IMG/VR virus record: IMGVR_UViG_3300045988_022658
Coordinates: 1 to 31,632 of that record
Source: a virus
DNA: 31,632 bases
Reading direction: 5' to 3' (one strand)
Part shown: positions 31,515 to 31,632 of the stretch, one piece after another
Numbering within the stretch: position 1 is the first letter of the stretch
Layout: the number at the start of each line of letters is the position of its first letter
Notes under the pieces: generated by a model
What the model was told of the DNA's origin: nothing
The model's database searches: none
Seen by the model: the letters and a program-made list of their open reading frames with translations, nothing else
Made by a program: the position numbers and the translations under genes

Positions 31515-31632
31515 ATGGCAGAAAGTACAACTATCCGCGCGTGCGCGGAGATTTCCAAACGCTGTAAAAAAGAAGTACGAAAAATGACCCGTTTCTACCG
31601 GGAAAATGGTGTGGACGCTGAGAAAATTGACG
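31515..31632 (+). CDS. terS: Terminase small subunit, 5' part (continues at base 1 of the circular molecule)
   Basis: ATG 31515 follows RBS AAAGGAGGA. The frame is open to the window end and is in frame with 1..354. Confidence 0.75.
   Translation, partial: MAESTTIRACAEISKRCKKEVRKMTRFYRENGVDAEKID
31578..31632. repeat. Terminal duplicate, identical to 1-55
   Basis: Exact 55-nt identity with the window start. Confidence 0.95.

Larger units (their letters stand above)
1..31632. mobile_element. Complete temperate tailed-phage genome (circularly closed assembly, unit length 31,577 bp)
   Basis: A full set of packaging, head, tail, lysis, integration, switch and replication genes is present. The 55-bp ends are identical and one ORF reads across the junction. 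Confidence 0.9.

Noticed and set aside
1-31632. Search for CRISPR arrays, reverse transcriptase/DGR, transposases and insertion-sequence ends
   Set aside because: No spaced identical repeats, no RT (YxDD) or DDE/transposase-like translations, and no terminal inverted repeats were seen.

Overview
The window is one complete temperate tailed-phage genome with a siphovirus-like layout, assembled as a closed circle. Bases 1-55 are identical to 31578-31632, so the unit length is 31,577 bp, and the small-terminase gene reads through the junction (ATG 31515 to TGA 354). Nearly all genes are on the + strand and are tightly coupled, with many ATGA/TAATG overlaps and GGAGG-type ribosome-binding sites.

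Gene order:
- Packaging: terS, terL.
- Head: portal, a MuF-like head-morphogenesis protein, scaffold, HK97-type major capsid protein.
- Head-tail joining genes.
- Tail: major tail protein, G/GT tail chaperone with a -1 frameshift, tape measure, Dit, Tal, and a fibre/receptor-binding block.
- Lysis: XhlA-like protein, holin, GH25 endolysin.
- attP, containing a tRNA-derived core.
- Lysogeny module on the minus strand: tyrosine integrase, Prok-RING protein, ImmA-like protease, XRE repressor.
- Divergent genetic switch, then a Cro-like gene and early genes.
- Recombination and replication: ERF, NinB-like protein, HNH, SSB, replisome organizer.
- PAPS-reductase/DndC-like PP-loop enzyme, HUH rolling-circle Rep-like protein, sigma-region-4-like late regulator, packaging HNH, and a GC-rich candidate cos region.

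The strong SD sequences, the GH25 lysin with cell-wall-binding repeats and the ImmA/XRE module suggest a Gram-positive, Clostridia-like host with fairly high GC. This is inference only.

The parts that go beyond a standard phage map are:
1. A toxin-like C-terminal module on the MuF protein, with an overlapping immunity-like ORF and a terminator-bracketed small membrane gene inside the head operon.
2. Accessory cargo between int and immA: a Prok-RING zinc-finger protein, an AT-rich orphan DUF2283 gene on the opposite strand, and a promoter-plus-terminator short transcript.
3. A convergent, overlapping pair in the early region: a 32-aa hydrophobic peptide against a 141-aa membrane protein that has its own promoter.
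4. An OOP-like antisense small-RNA unit with a near-consensus promoter and an intrinsic terminator.
5. Iteron-like repeats inside the replisome-organizer gene.
6. Coexistence of a HUH Rep-like gene and a DndC/PAPS-reductase-like gene.

All functional calls come from reading motifs in the translations by eye. No database search was run.
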